From Psilocybe cubensis (taxonomy: Eukaryota), in NCBI GenBank assembly GCA_017499595.2, contig CM039007.1, positions 558,001 to 622,000 on the forward strand: a stretch of 64,000 nucleotides of DNA, in the 5' to 3' direction. Position numbers and translations under genes: made by a program. Below, one piece after another: positions 36,145-50,754 of the stretch. Each line of letters opens with the position of its first letter. Position 1 is the stretch's first letter. The notes below the pieces were generated by a model. That model was not told the DNA's origin. It did no database searches and worked only from the letters and a program-made list of their open reading frames with translations.

Positions 36145-38204
36145 ATGGCAGTAGCATTAGTCACTTTGTCGTTTATATGCGCAGGTCTGCTCGCGGTGTT
36201 CGTCCCAGTCAAGAGGGTTCGCACAAGTATACCTCATCTCGCAATCATTGTATGGCTCCTTGGGCACAATCTCATTCATGCGATTAACGCAGCCGTGTGG
36301 GCTGGAAATGTTGATATACACGTTCCAATATGGTGCGATATAGGTAAGTAATACGTTGGATCTATGCGGAGCACGAACACAGCTAATCAACATCCGGCAG
36401 TTACGAAGGTTCTCTTGGGCATCAAGGTCGCATTGCCTGGCGCGTTGGTGTGCATAGCATGTCAACTGGAGCTTTCTTCGTCGCAGAGGACAATCCTGAA
36501 GGATAGAAGAGTTTTACGAAACCGTATGATTTTTGAACTATTTCTTTGCTATGTTCTTCCTACATTATATATGCTATTGCGTGAGTGCTTTCTACCCTTT
36601 CTTCTCCCTGTTTCTAACTGATGGCTCTACCCTAGACCTCGTCATCCAAGATCGCAGGTTTGATCTTGTCAGAGACTATGGATGCTCAGCCTCTTCCCAT
36701 CCTTCAACTTTCGCTTTTCTAATAACTTGGCTTCCACCTCTCGTTATATGTAGCATAGCCCTTATCATATCTGGTGAGTTCCGCCTCATTTGTGCAAATG
36801 TATGTTTTCTGACCCTAAGTACAGGTGTATCCATTCACAATTCTGGCCGCGTCGTCGGAATGAGTTTATCAAAGCATCTAGAAACGCGCTCGACGATGAC
36901 TGCCTCGCAATTTAATCGCCAGCTTATCATCTGCATGACCATGGCCGGATCTCTTGTTCTGCTCAACCTATCAACCCTGTTTTCTATACACTCCTTCGAA
37001 CCATGGACGTCCTGGAGTTCAGTCCACGCTTTCATGACGAAGATTGAAATCATCAAAAATTCATCGGACGTCAAGACGGTTCAGTTTTTGTGGTGGTCGA
37101 TGTTTGCGATATCTGTTCTCTACATCATTCTGCTGTTTGCCATTGCTGAGGATGGACGTGATCTCTACCGGTGGATTAGGGAGCAGGCCACTCGCAAACG
37201 CAAGTTCCCTCGTCGCCTCGAGCTACCTCTCTAGTAAGTCCTACCATTCCATAGCTGTGTTATTATATACTTATACTTCGACAACAAGCCTCAAGAGAAA
37301 GCCATCTCTTCCTGCGCCCGAGATGATTTCACGCTCTCCATCTTTGACCAAATCTCATATGCGGCCTCTTACCATCGAACTCAAATCGGGCTGGGAGGAT
37401 GACCTATTGGATGACAAGAAATCCAAGCGCAGAGGACCTCGAGAAGACGTGAAACCTCCATCGTTTTCCTCGAGGCCATCCGAGGGCGTTTTCCATGACG
37501 TGGAAGCTCAAAGTCTTTCAGAAGATAAGCCAAGACCCGATTCCCCTTTAATTTGTGCTAGTCCAACGATGAGTTGTCGTTCGATCTCAGAAGACGACCA
37601 AATGTTCATGGAATCGACGATATCGTATCTCAGCTCTCCCACGGCAAAGACGCTCGGTATTCTCCCTCCTCTGCAAATCCCACCTCCCGCGAAAGCCCCT
37701 CCCCCACCATTGGCAATAGAGATTCCGCAGAGAGCTGTCACGCCTCCGCCTGCGCTTAAGCCGAAGTCCATTCTCAAGGCATCCCGATGCCCACCTTCCA
37801 AACCAGTGCCAACGGACATCGACGAGCCTATCAACTCAGTCTTCGACGCGGCCTGGCCTGTTCCTCCCCTCTCCCCTGTCCCTACGATGGCCTTCTCCAC
37901 GAAGCGCGCCCCCCGCCCGCGTTCTCGGTCACACTCGCCTGCTTCTGCTGCGCAGGAAGTTGGGTATCCTTTATGTCAAACGCCAACTCCTCCTCACAGA
38001 AGAGCCCGTCCCTTTGAAGGTTCGAGCATCTCGTCCGTCGACTCGGAAATCATCCCATCACCCCTATCACCAACTTCAAGGAAGGCAGCGCACAGACAAA
38101 CAGGAGTATATGGGCTGCGTACAGTCTGGAGCAAGGAACGCCTTGGTCAGGGTTCTCCGGCCTCACAAGCTATCCATATGACTGTTGTAAAGGAGATTGC
38201 ATAA
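36145..38204 (+). CDS. Divergent STE3-like GPCR with long Pro/Ser-rich tail (probably a non-mating-type receptor)
   Basis: NAAVWAGNVDIHVPIWCDI, QDRRFDLVRDYGC, PWTSWSSVH and a 7TM-like hydrophobic pattern. No CaaX gene found nearby. Confidence 0.85.
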
Positions 38205-39104
38205 ACTCTGTCATCATACCTTCCCTATATTTCACCGTGCTAGGATACTTAGACTCTTCCCGCTCTGACGACCTCTTATGATGCGAATGGATTCTTCGCC
38301 GTTCAACCCCCTTCGCCTCTTCACACTCCCTTACCTTTTAACTTTAAACCCACACCCCCTACTTCCCTCTCCGATGTATTTATCATTCCTGTGTTTGTCG
38401 CCTTAGGCTTCGTGTAGCATAGATACCACTTTGTAGCTTAACCTTTGTTCGATAGCATGCATTTATATGCGATTTATGTTCGATTTACCGAGTTCCCGAC
38501 ATAGCTTTCAGAACACTGGGGCAAAGAAGCACGTAAGCGCGAGCACTGATTGGCTGACCTTGCACTCGGGAATAACCGGCGCTCTCGAGCACTGCCACCT
38601 TGCGAGTATTGTTCAGATTTTCACCACTTTCCTTCACATTGTTACACACCCTTCATCAAGTCATCAATCACAGGACGGACAGATTGCTATGCTTTACTGC
38701 TTCACAGTCTTCACAGATGTTTCTCATGGATGTCTTTCACGGTTGACATTACGCGATGCCCGACAATTTTCACGGGTTTTTGACGACAATACCTATATTC
38801 GATTTGGAACTGTCGCTGTTTGCATCTATCGATCATCACTTTCGCAAGCAAACTGCCTGAGACGCTGCCGATTTCCATTGGCATGCATTGCCTTGTGGAT
38901 GACTTGAGTTTTGTCACTGGATGTCATCAAGTCTGCAGTTATGGGTGATTTTTCACTGTTGAATGTCTATTCTCCATCATGTTCTAATCAATCCATTAGG
39001 AAAGTTCCATCTAGGCTATGGTCATCATCTTAGAATAGCTTGCGCACTATGTTAAAAAGCACGACTTCAAGTTGTCATTCTCCATTGCGACAACCTCTAT
39101 TCGA

Positions 39105-40732
39105 ATGTCTCGATTTCCATACGAATTGTGGCTACTCATCATCTCTTATCTACTCGACCATGAAATATGGAATCTGTGTACTGTGAATAAGAGTATCCGT
39201 AACATTGCTATGAGCAGGCTTTACGAAAAAGTTGCCGTATCTATGAAGGATGTAGATGTAAAGAAATATCGTCATCAATTTTTACGGCTCAGGTGCGACT
39301 ATTGATTCTTCAGTTCATTTCCAGAATAACAAGGATTATGTAGTGAAGACGGCATAGCGCCACACGTACGCTACCTTTCGTTTGATCCCTACGTGCGATC
39401 CTACTTCCCTCCAGCAATTCAAACTTCGCGAAGAACTGTGCTTATCAAGAAACTGTTCTCGAACCTCCTGAATAGAGACGATGTTGATATCATTCATGCC
39501 ATTGATAGATTCATCAATCTCCGGCATATTGAAATCCAATATCAATCTGTTCGGCCAATACCACTTACAAAATGTGGACCCCTTATCCGTGCGAGTCTTT
39601 TGTCGCATTCCACTCGCCTACAAACACTTAAATTTTCCTTTCCATTCGAATCTTTGATGACCTTCATACCATCGGATCTGTACCTTCCTCTTCTAACATC
39701 ATTTTCAGTCACCTTATTTACGCTAACAGGCAACTTATCGGATGTAAACGAACATTTCGCATACACCGCCACCAAAGTATTGGTGCCCTTCATCAATCGA
39801 CACCGTTTATCACTAAGTATATTGGAGCTAACCCTGGCGCCGCTGCCGCCAACATGGGATATGTATTCATTGAGCTTGGATACAACATTTAACCTCTTCC
39901 CACTCCTTATATCTCTCGACCACATCCCTAACCTTCGGTATTTGACGATAGCCCTTTCGTCTTTTACATCAATCGACTCTACTTATCACTTTTTGGAGAT
40001 GCATTCCTCTACTTTGAGACGGCTGAAGATCGATATGACACATATGGAGCTCACTACAACGCATGGAGTTCTGGATCAATTTAAAGTCCCGTTACCGCTG
40101 CTCGAAGAAATTGTAGTCCAATACTACTATGATACGAAGTCCTTGACAACCTCCCCGTACCAAGAACCAACCTTGGGCTTTATTCGACAACATTCCTCGA
40201 CATTAACCTCCTTGAAATTGTTAAACAGCTTCCACACTGAAGCGCATTTTCACGCGGTCGTAGATCCCAAGGTTTCATATCATAGCCTTCGGCTTTTAAA
40301 GATGACGCTAGATGTTCTGACTCCCGGGATGCTTTCCATCTTGTCATCACGCCTTGAGAACCTTTATGAGCTCGACTTGCTGGTACGTCGGCTCAAAAGA
40401 CGGCATACAAGCCCGGAAGAGATTAACGAAGAATACGAGGCAAGTCGACCATTTTGCCTGTGTCTGCCATTGAGTACTGACCTGATGTGTAGTTCTGCTC
40501 CGACATTCGTCATCACATCTATCAGCATTGGAAACTCAGGCATCTAAAATTGGAGGTAAAGAGTGGCGGTCGCCGTACACGAACAAGGTACGGGAATGGG
40601 ATAGTCGCTGTTGCGGCAAGAATGCCTTTCCTGGAAACATTCAACGATATGCCGTTGGCAGAATATATGCGCGGAGCCAGACAGGCTGTGGATTTGATAT
40701 TAGACATGGCGGTTGATTGTCAACCTGCATAG
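39105..40732 (+). CDS. F-box-like / LRR-like protein, array copy 1 (3 exons; GC-AG second intron 40440-40492)
   Basis: MSRFPYELWLLIISYL..LCTVNKSIRNIA, PFINRHRL and LTPGMLSIL. Paralogous to the next two copies. Confidence 0.8.
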
Positions 40733-41151
40733 TTCAGACGATTCTCACATCGAATAGATATATTAAATTGTTTCTGCAGGTGTTACTTCACTCGTTTATT
40801 TTACTGGAGTTGAATGTGTTGCTTGAATAGATTGAAGGTCATACACATGCCTGGAAGAACTTTTCCTTGGCGACTTATTGACAGGTAATATTGTTGCGTA
40901 TCCTTGACGTCGTTTCTCATTGCTCAATCATAGCCTTGGAGGTTGCAACGTCTAATAATAGGTCCTCTTTATCGATTATCCGTGGCCTGTGTAGTGCACA
41001 GTTGCCACACCTGTCAACAAGCCACGCATAGCTATCCTTGTACAGCTGTGCTAGGTCCGTTTGCAACGTCACTCGGACTGGTGCGACGGACGATAAAAAA
41101 GACCCCTCTATCCGAAAGTGTTGAAACTTTCTGTCGATCAACGACGCATAC

Positions 41152-42713
41152 ATGGGCAATCTTCCATACGAACTATGGCTGCATATCACCTCCTTTCTGA
41201 ATGAGGAGGAAGTGTGGATGATGCGATCTCTTAACAGAACTGTGCGTGGAATCGTTTTGGACAGGCATTTCCGGAAGGTCTGCGTATCAATGCTAGATGT
41301 GTACTCCAGGGAATACCGCAGTCGATTTTCGCGGTTCAGGTGAGTTTCTTCGCCGTGCATTTATTTCGGTTTCAATAACTGATAATATTCAAGCAATAGG
41401 AATATATCGACACGTGTGCGCGAGCTACACGTTTGCAGCGTTGTGCCCGTTACCTCGAAAATTGCAAAGCCGGCATCGTCTCGAGAGAAGATACTTTCAT
41501 TCCTCAGTCAATCACGGCGTAATATTATAAAGAGCGACAGGGACGCGGTTTCTGAAACCCTTCAGACCTTCACGGAACTCAGACACGTGGTGCTGAAATT
41601 TGACTTGATTCAAGCGATGGATCTCTCGAAGACCGCGCGCCTTTTGCAGAACTGCTTGCTTCCTTCAACAAATCATCTACATTCTCTCGAAATGTCGTTT
41701 CCTATCGAATTGACTGGGAAAAGCTGAGAGACTCTTCACCACAACGGCTACGACAACGCTGGTGCCATTCATTAACCGGCATCGCTTTACTTTGACCACT
41801 TTGAACCTATGGCTCTATCCCTTGGCCCCCTCTTTATATACGCTTCGACCAGTAACACCTACAAATTTCAATCTCTCGCCAATGTTTACATCACTAGGAC
41901 ATTTCCCGCACTTGGAAATATTGTCAATCAGCATTTCGGCATCTACAACCTTGGGATATATTTCTCGCCTGCTCAAAATGCACCTCACTACTTTAATACA
42001 CCTAAGCGTCATCATTGATGATTCAAAAGCGACATCGACTCGAGGACTTTTAGACCAATTCGACGTGCCGATGCCAAAGCTTGAGGACTTTATTCTTCGA
42101 TGTCAGTACGACACCTCTGCACTTGCATCTTCTTCATACCAGAAATCCACCTTGCAATCTACCCATCAGCAAGTGTCTTCATTGGTCTCCATGAAACTGC
42201 GCAACGTCTTGCATAACAGAGAAGACTTTCTCACCATTTTCGATCCAGCTGTGTCTTATCACAAACTTAAATATTTGCACATGTCACTTCAGATTCTTAC
42301 TCCGGATATGTTGGACATTTTTGCTCTTCACTTGCACAATCTTCACGGGCTTTACGTCCTTGTCAGGTTTCTCAAATGTCGTCACAAAGGAAATTTGATC
42401 ATCAATGAACAGGAAGAGAACGAAGTGAGTCGATGATGATTCGCCTTTGGCTGATCAAATGATTAACGAAGTTTGATTTTAGTTCTGTACCATGATAAAG
42501 CGGCATGACTACAGCAGCTGGAGACTCAAGCATCTGATATTGATAGTGGGAGATGACTCACGGACCAACTATATCTCTAACGGGGCGGCAGCTGTTGCAG
42601 AGGTCATGTCTTCTTTGGAAACTTTTAACGGCATGCCATGGGCAAGGTTTGTTCAGTATGCAAGACGAGATGCAGTACCGCAGTATCGCTATACAGTGCC
42701 CTGGCTAATATAA
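41152..42713 (+). pseudogene. F-box-like array copy 2, with frameshifting deletion near 41715-41727
   Basis: MGNLPYELWLHITSFL start. About 30 codons present in the paralogues are missing and the frame ends GKS* before LVPFINRHR resumes in another frame. Confidence 0.75.
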
Positions 42714-43595
42714 TAGATAATTCAGCACATTCCGGAATTTTTGTGAATCCTATCCTAGCAATGCATCACCAACATACATCGTCCCATCACAATTTGCACG
42801 CTTGGCATGTTCTCTGCTGTCAGTGACATGAGTCCCAGCAGCTGCCGGACTTTGAGCCCATTTGCCTCAATTTTTACACATACTAATTACCTGCCGCGTC
42901 AATCTGTGATGCGGTGGAGGGAGGGGTGTGCGCGTGATCCAAAGCTTGATCTAAAAAACGACTCTTTTATTGTTGTATTGTCGACCTGCCAGTGTAACCT
43001 TGCTCCAACATTCGTCTTCACAACTAACAGCATTAGAGACTTTCAAAATACTGTATTATCATTGCTGGCAACATTCAACATTATGGACAAACTGTAGATT
43101 TCTGTTCTCGAACATGGCCGTTGAATATAGCCTGAAATGATGTAACACTGCATCTGCCAGTTGTGACCGCGTTTATTTGTTTTCCTGGAGATCAACACAT
43201 CGTTTGACAGATTAGAGGTAGAGCCTGCGACGGCCAGCTAAGTTCGAACATTATTTTAGCAATAACCGTTCCTCGGCACGCTCAAGACTTGTAATATACA
43301 AACGAATATCCTTGGTGTCTGTCTGTGCGTGGGTCTGTGTGGGTATCGAGCTACCTTTCCAGTCCTCAAGTCATTGCCTTCAAGTTGATGTTGCAAGTGA
43401 TCTAAAAATACTAGGCCCCTCTTTATCAATTTGTTCACAGCCTATGTATAGTACGACGGTTGAAGCACCTGTCAAACCTCCATGTACAATTGTACAAGGT
43501 ATACCTGCAACATCAATCCACGGACTATATCATGGACTGGTGCCACAGCCCATCTATCCGCAACAACGTTGCAATATTCCGCCATCCACACCTAC

Positions 43596-45145
43596 ATGGT
43601 CAACCTTCCATACGAACTATGGCTCCATGTCAGCTCCTATCTGACTGAGGAGGAAATATGGGAGATACGAAATCTTAACAGGATTCTACGTAGCATTGCT
43701 TTTGATAGATGCGGTTTCGAAGTCTCTGTATCGATGCGAGATATATACTCTAGAAAATACCGCCATCGGTTTTCGTGGTTGAGGTGAGTGTTTTTGCCAC
43801 GTATTCAAATTCGTTCCATGAATTAATTATACTCCACCGAAAGACCAAGAGCGCCATGCGTGTATAAACTAAAGCTTCTCGATATTGCCCCAAAAATCGC
43901 AAAAACGGCGTCATCTCGAGACAATGTACTTTCCATCCTCGGTAAATCCTGCCGAAACCTAGTGAAGAGCGACAGGGACGCTGTCTCCAATACCCTTTTG
44001 ACCTTCACTGAAGTCAGAGATGCGGTGTTGGAATTCGGCTTTTTTCAGGATATATCTTTCAGCAAACTCGTGCGCCTTGTGCAAAACTGCTTACTTCCTT
44101 CAGCAAATTGTCTACAGTCGCTCGAGATATCATATCCTATGGATTTCATTGCACAAACTCTATCGCCGACTCTTTTTTTCCCTCAGCTGGAATCGTTTAC
44201 TGTGACATTTTTCACTGGTTGCAAAGCTGTTCTAGCTGACAGCCTTAGCCTCTTCAATACGACGGTTGCACCAGCACTGTTTCATTCATTAATCGACATC
44301 GACTGACGTCGACCAATTTGAACATTTGCTTTCTATTATCCTTAGGCAATACAAATTTCAATGTGTCGCGGCTGTTTTCCTCACTAGAGCACATCCCGAA
44401 ACTGATCACGCTGTCAATCAGCACTGCAGAACCTACCAATATGGAATGTATCATTCGCTTTTTCAAGATGCATTTTACAACACTCTTAAATCTGACCCTT
44501 TTCATGGGTCTTATAAATGTCAAGTCAAGAGAAGGACTTTTTCAGGTTGAATCCTTTCCCAAGCTCGAAGCCTATCAAAGATCCACCCCGGAATGTGAAC
44601 ACCAAAAAGTGTCTTCGTTGGTCTCCATCAGGCTAGACAACTCCGTACACACTGAAGAAGAATTTCTCACCATCTTCAATCCGGCAGCGTCTTATCACAA
44701 ACTTAAAGACTTGCGGATGTCACTCGAAATTCTTACTCCGGATATATTGGATATTTTTTCTCTTCACCTTCCCAACCTTTACAGCCTTAAGCTCGAAGTT
44801 GAATTTCTTAGATCTCGGTTCAAACGATATGTGAAGATCGATGAACAGGAAGAAAACGAGGTGCGCTTATGATAATTTTCTTTTTGCTGATAGAATGATT
44901 GACGACGGTTGATTTAGTTTTGCGCAAGCATAAAACAACATGACTACAGCCGCTGGAGTCTCAAGCATATAACGTTGATATTAGAAACTGATTGGGGTGA
45001 GTATGTCTCTCACGGGACAGCAGCTGTCGCCGAGGTCATGTCTTCTTTGGAGACCTTTAACAACAAGCCATGGGCAATGTTTGTTTGGCATGCAAGACAA
45101 GTTTCAGGCCCGCAGTATAAACGTATCGTAGACTGGATAATGTAA
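43596..45145 (+). pseudogene. F-box-like array copy 3, frameshift near 44281
   Basis: MVNLPYELWLHVSSYL start. The conserved FINRHRL is in a different frame from the upstream sequence. Could be a sequencing error. Confidence 0.65.
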
Positions 45146-46971
45146 TACTTTGGTGCTATACCACTCTCCATTAAAGCAGACATATATCAAATTACTCTGC
45201 TACCTAAGGAATAGCGATACAGAACATCCCATAGTTTGAGCACTTTGTTTCCAGCTTGTAGCTATAGCACGCTACCACTTAGTTGAATCTTCACTGGGTC
45301 TACATTGCTGGCGCCTCTTATTATACAAATGTCAATAATAGAAAACACCTTCTTACTGCGTAGTAGGTGGGAATATTTTAGACAGACAAAACCTCTGTAG
45401 GCAGTCAACATACCTACAGTACAATGATGTGCAATAAACCTCTTTGTTGTCACCAAAATGCAGTGCAATCAACGTTTTAGAACATCTCGCTCATGAGAAT
45501 TAATTAACCCGGACTGTCTAGCGAGCAATACAGGTTGGGAGGCTTGCGACTTGAATTTGACCACAGTGAGGACAGTCTGCACGGTATAAAGGATGGTCAA
45601 AGATCTCAATTTTCTATATAATACTTTTTTGTCTCCGAATCTTCTGCAAAAAAAAAGTGAAAGTAATTTTTAGCTGTAATTGAACTATTTAAATTTCAAC
45701 TACACCAATCGCCCTACGCAATTTATTCCCACGACCTGAGGGGCGCGTTGGACGCGTTCACACTCGCCGATCACGCTCGAAATCCAAATCCAATTCAAAT
45801 TGAATAAGCCTGGGCATGCCCAACACCGCATTGTTACAACAGTCCTCTTGCACACATCTTACTGTCTCTATTCGAATATCACTGATACTTGTCGGCTTCT
45901 GCCACAAGAAGAGAGTTATCTTATTGTTTTTTTTAAAGAACTTGATGGTGATATGCTTACATAACCGTGGGAACCCCCGATGTGGCGAAAAGACAATAAG
46001 GGATGGCTGGACGACATTCAATAAGAACAATAGCTACGGCTGGACAGAGCATTCCCCTCTTTTCTTCGACCTACTATGACTGGATAACGCACATTCGAAT
46101 TTCAGAGGATGTCCTATGCGAAGAGGCCCATAACTTGACTTAGAAGCGAATCTAGGAGGATGGTCATGGAGCTCTGGGCGTTTTAGAGTTGAAAGGGACG
46201 GGTACGGGCATATGGTGCGTTAGATAGGCAACATTTCCTTGTTCTACTCTCAAAGGCTTTCTTGAGACAGGCTTTGGAGGCTTTGCCACTTGACTTGGGT
46301 TTCAAGCTAATTCGTTATCTTCCATCGACTGGGCCTCTTCACCATACTATCTACCGCAAATCAATTCATTTCCACCACCTATTTCTCTCAATGTCATTTC
46401 ATCTGTTATCATAGCATACTTTTGCGATGCGCCTTTTGGATTTGTCCTTGTTCTCATTCCAGAAACCGCAACTTCCCCAGGACTAGAATTCACTTCACGT
46501 GATGATATCCACACTAGCTGGACATCCGCATTTGGGCGTTCCTTTGTGATACCCCGCTTCATACACCGTGTTCCTATGATTCGCGCCGCCGAACGACACA
46601 TTCTCCCACCATCGCGCTCCGTCCGTGCTATTTCGGCCCCCTTGCTTGACATCGTGACGCTATGGAACAAAGCAACGTCCGAAAAGGGATGTCGCTTTTG
46701 CTTATGTGAGATGGCTCTTTTGGGTGAAGGGACAAGGTCACATCCATACTGGGACAAGAAAATGTGAAGCTTCGAAGGGACTCTCAGGACAAGGAACAAC
46801 CCAAACGCGTACAGGGAGGGATGTCGAGAGCAATTGCTCTTATACTGGACGAGGTGTCATTTTTTATCACCGCCTCCAGTTGATCTACCTTCGTGTACTC
46901 GAACGTTGTCGTCTCGGGCGCCCCTCCGCACACACTCCCCGACAGCGATACCACCCCATCTGTAGATCAGT

Positions 46972-48517
46972 ATGACTTACCCAAACGGCATCTTTTCCGC
47001 CTTCGCCTTTATTGGCTTCCTCATGTGCAGCATTCCCCTCCCATGGCATCTAGAAGGTACACACTCTTCTTCAATCTACTTTCGACGATCACCTTACTTA
47101 TATCCATCGTTTTATTAGCCTGGAACACAGGAACCTGTCTGTACATGGTGTGGACTGGTCTGTCTTGCCTCAACCAGTTTGTCAACTCCGTCGTATGGAA
47201 TGACAACGCAATCAATTGGTCTCCAACTTGGTGTGATATCTGTAAGTCCTCGAGGATTTTGTTTATCTTCGCATTGCTTATCACTGTACTGTAGCATCGC
47301 GGTTCATCGTCGGCAGCGCCGTCGCCATTCCCGCAGCATCGTTGTGCATCAATCGTCGCTTGTATCACATCTCTTCAGTGAGGTCTGTGACTATCTCTAA
47401 GGCTGAGAAACGCCGCGACGTCATGGTCGATCTTTCCATCGGCCTCGGTATCCCTCTGGTAGAGATGATTCTCCGTATGTTGTTTTACCAGTTCTCTATT
47501 TATTTGTTTCTAATCGACTCTACAGAATATATCGTTCAGGGTCATCGATTCAATATCTACGAAAACGTTGGTTGCTACCCCTTCACATATAACACTTGGC
47601 CTGCCTACGTTCTTGTCTACTGCCCACCCATTGTGATTGGCATCATTTCCGGTATATATGCCATCCTCAGCATCATTCAATTCAACAAAAGCCGATCCCA
47701 GTTCAACGACCTTCTCTCTGGCCACAGCAACCTGACCTCCAGCCGATACGTTCGTCTGATGTGTCTCGCCGGTGTCGAAGTTCTTTGCACTGTCCCCATC
47801 GGTGTATATGCTCTTTCTCTCAACATCAGAACTGGCATCCAACCATGGATCAGCTGGGCCGACACTCACTACGCCTTCTCTCGCGTCGATCAATTTCCCG
47901 CCGTCCTCTGGAGCTCTACCTCGGTCGGCGAGTCCTCGCTCGAGCTCTCCCGCTGGCTTGTCGTCGTCTGTGCTATTGTCTTCTTCGCCTTCTTTGGATT
48001 CGCCGACGAGGCTAAGAAGAACTACCGCTCCTACATGCAGTCTGTCGCCAAGCGCGTCGGTATCTCCACCGGCTCATTTGGCAGCAGCAGCGGCGCTTTC
48101 AGCTCGACCGGCTCGAAATCGAAAGTCATGGGTTCCAATGGCAAAGTCCGCCCTGTGCTCCCTACTTTTGTCCACCAGGACTTCCTCCGCCGCCACGACT
48201 CGATCGACTCATTCACAGACGTCTCATCAGCCTCGCTGCGCGACGTCAGCGGCCACCTCAACGAGAAGGGCGACCCGGAGAAACAGGAGGAGTTCAACCC
48301 TACCCTTTCCTATGGCGGCCTCACTCTCTCTGATGTCGGCGGGACACTCAACGACTGCTCCGCACCACCCTACTCTCCCGCCTCCTCCTCTGCATCCTCA
48401 TTGACTGTGCCTGAGCCCGCACGCACTCGCTCCAATTCCAACGTCTCCACACCGTCTTCGCAGGTGCCCATCCTCTCAGATTCGAAATCAAAATCGAATA
48501 CACCAGATATCGTCTGA
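46972..48517 (+). CDS. STE3-type pheromone receptor
   Basis: MTYPNGIFSAFAFIGF..PLPWHLEAWNTGTC..WCDI, YIVQGHRFNIYENVGC, RYVRLM, PWISWADTH and FFAFFGFADEA. Confidence 0.95.
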
Positions 48518-49804
48518 GATGGATTCATGTGCCCTGCTTTATTCGTTCTTTCATACCCCACTGTATCATTATTAGTTAACTCTCAACACCACTGTAGCTA
48601 TAGCGTCTTATCTTTCTCTCTCTTTTTCTTGGTTATTCTCCTCGCATTGGAAACCCTACTTCATATTTACAGGCTCGTTCGCATTTTAGTAATAGCGAGG
48701 TTCTTAGATGTATACTCTTATAGAAGAGTTTTACACCCACAAAATCAAATCACAGTTTAAACATTTATGTTTTGGCGTGAACATCATTAAGCCTTGGAAC
48801 AATTGGATTAAAATAGACTTGGCCATTGACTGTTCTATTGTTGGTCGTTGAACTTTGTGGGTGACGGAGTTGTTTGGAGAGGCGGTATGGGTGCCATTGT
48901 GTCATTGTGCGATAGCCAATTCCTGGAAGTTCAAAGATTCGTCTTTTCCTGTTTGTGTACTGCTTGGTACCGTCTTCCATGTTTGTATCCCGGGTCACAC
49001 CACACTTTGACCTACATCGCTATTGTAGTAGTGCCACTTTCAGTCCTGATAGCATAATAAGCCAGCTTCGACACACATATTCAGATGGATAAGTACACTA
49101 TTTTCTTTCCTTGGGTAGGTATTATTGTGTTGTTTCCATGTCCATACGAGGAAATGGAATCCCAACGGAACTTGCAGAGTGGCGAGTCAAGCATGGAAAG
49201 GGTCGAGTGCCCACAGCCACTCGATCATTCGCCAGCCTTCCTTCTACACCGACTGAACCTAATTGTCTGGCATATTAATTCGTATCTAAGATATGATCAC
49301 TATGACAGGAAAACCAAATATGAATGTGCCATTCCATTTTAATTGTTGGATGGTTCGTGAAAGTTCGAGGATGTGCTATCCATAGAGCTGAGTACATTCG
49401 AGTCATGGACGGAGGTAATAATGTGTTTCACTCGTACAAGAATTTGCTGACAATTCAACAGAGGAAATTTGAAGTACAATCAATTGTTTAAATTTGTGAG
49501 AATATTACAATTTTAATGATACAATTTAAATAATATAACCAGCCTCAGAGCTCAGAATGATGTGTGAGATGAGAGGCAGAAGAAGCATGGGAGAAATCGA
49601 GTCGCCCACAAGAACCAATAAGAACGAATGTGGTATAGTGCTTAGGCACGTATTTGAAGAATAATTAAAGATGCAGATGATATCTGAGTTGAAGACTTCG
49701 TGATGATTGATAGCTGACCTTTCACGTACAACATAAGCGCCCATGATCGTGTAGTTCCATAGCGTAAATAAACGTACCGAGTTACAGAGATTGTATTTGC
49801 GGCT

Positions 49805-49942
49805 CTATGCGACTGTGCAGAAGCCAGCGAAGCCAATTCGAGTGTCGGCGCTCGTCAACTCCTTCATCGAGTCGTCTGATTTGTTCCCATCCACGGTCGG
49901 TATGGTAAACGGTGGGGAGGTATATTCTTTGAATACGTCCAT
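49805..49942 (-). CDS. Lipopeptide pheromone precursor (45 aa, CaaX = CTVA)
   Basis: MDVFKEYTSPPFTIPTVDGNKSDDSMKELTSADTRIGFAGFCTVA*. MDxF start and CaaX end. Below the ORF-track cutoff. Confidence 0.9.
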   Translation of the reverse strand: MDVFKEYTSPPFTIPTVDGNKSDDSMKELTSADTRIGFAGFCTVA

Positions 49943-50754
49943 TTCACGGGAGATAAAAAACTGATTTGAGACTAAATTTTAGATTGGTTTACTGGAAGAC
50001 TTTGCAGGAAATGAGGGGAAATTAAAGCATATGTCGATTGAGATTGTACCGTTGAAATAGCGCATCCCTTTCCCGATGTGGGTTGTGGACAGGCCTATGC
50101 GACAGGATAGCAATTCTGGCGCTAATTGTTTCATCGAGCGGTTATTTCGATGACTCGTTAGAGCGGAGTGGCGAGTAAAACTCCGATATGGGAGGTTTAC
50201 CGTTCCTGGCTGGCTATTTCAGCCATGGGACAAAAAAGAACATACAGGTGTTTGGAATGCAGGGCCAACGTCTGTATGGTTTGCAAGTGCCGCGCTGCTC
50301 AAGAGCTGTTCTCCGGAGAGCTGGTTGTTCCGAATGATGACCACACTGGTCATTCAAGTTCAAGGCTTCAAGCCAGCTGGCTATCCTCAGGCAGGCGCCC
50401 CAGATCTAGGAGAGCAGAGGAACGGTATTTATCATGCACTTATCTGTCATGATCATAATAATGTTGCTTAAAAATGTCTTATATTACAAAATGTTTACAA
50501 GCATATTCAAAGGTCTGGATAATAAGAACGAATGAGGGATCCTAATGACTGGAATTAACGAAAGACGACACGGTATCATGCTGAGGTTGACAGTAGTTAA
50601 ATTACAGGGTTTTCTTGAATGCTGAAGTAAATAGACATGAAATATTTCATCATGTTCTATTCGATGAATAAATTGTCAGCATCAAATTTTTTCATCCCGA
50701 CCCGAGGCAGCTCTCACCCTGTGAAAGAGTTCCAGAGTATGACATAGTAATCGA

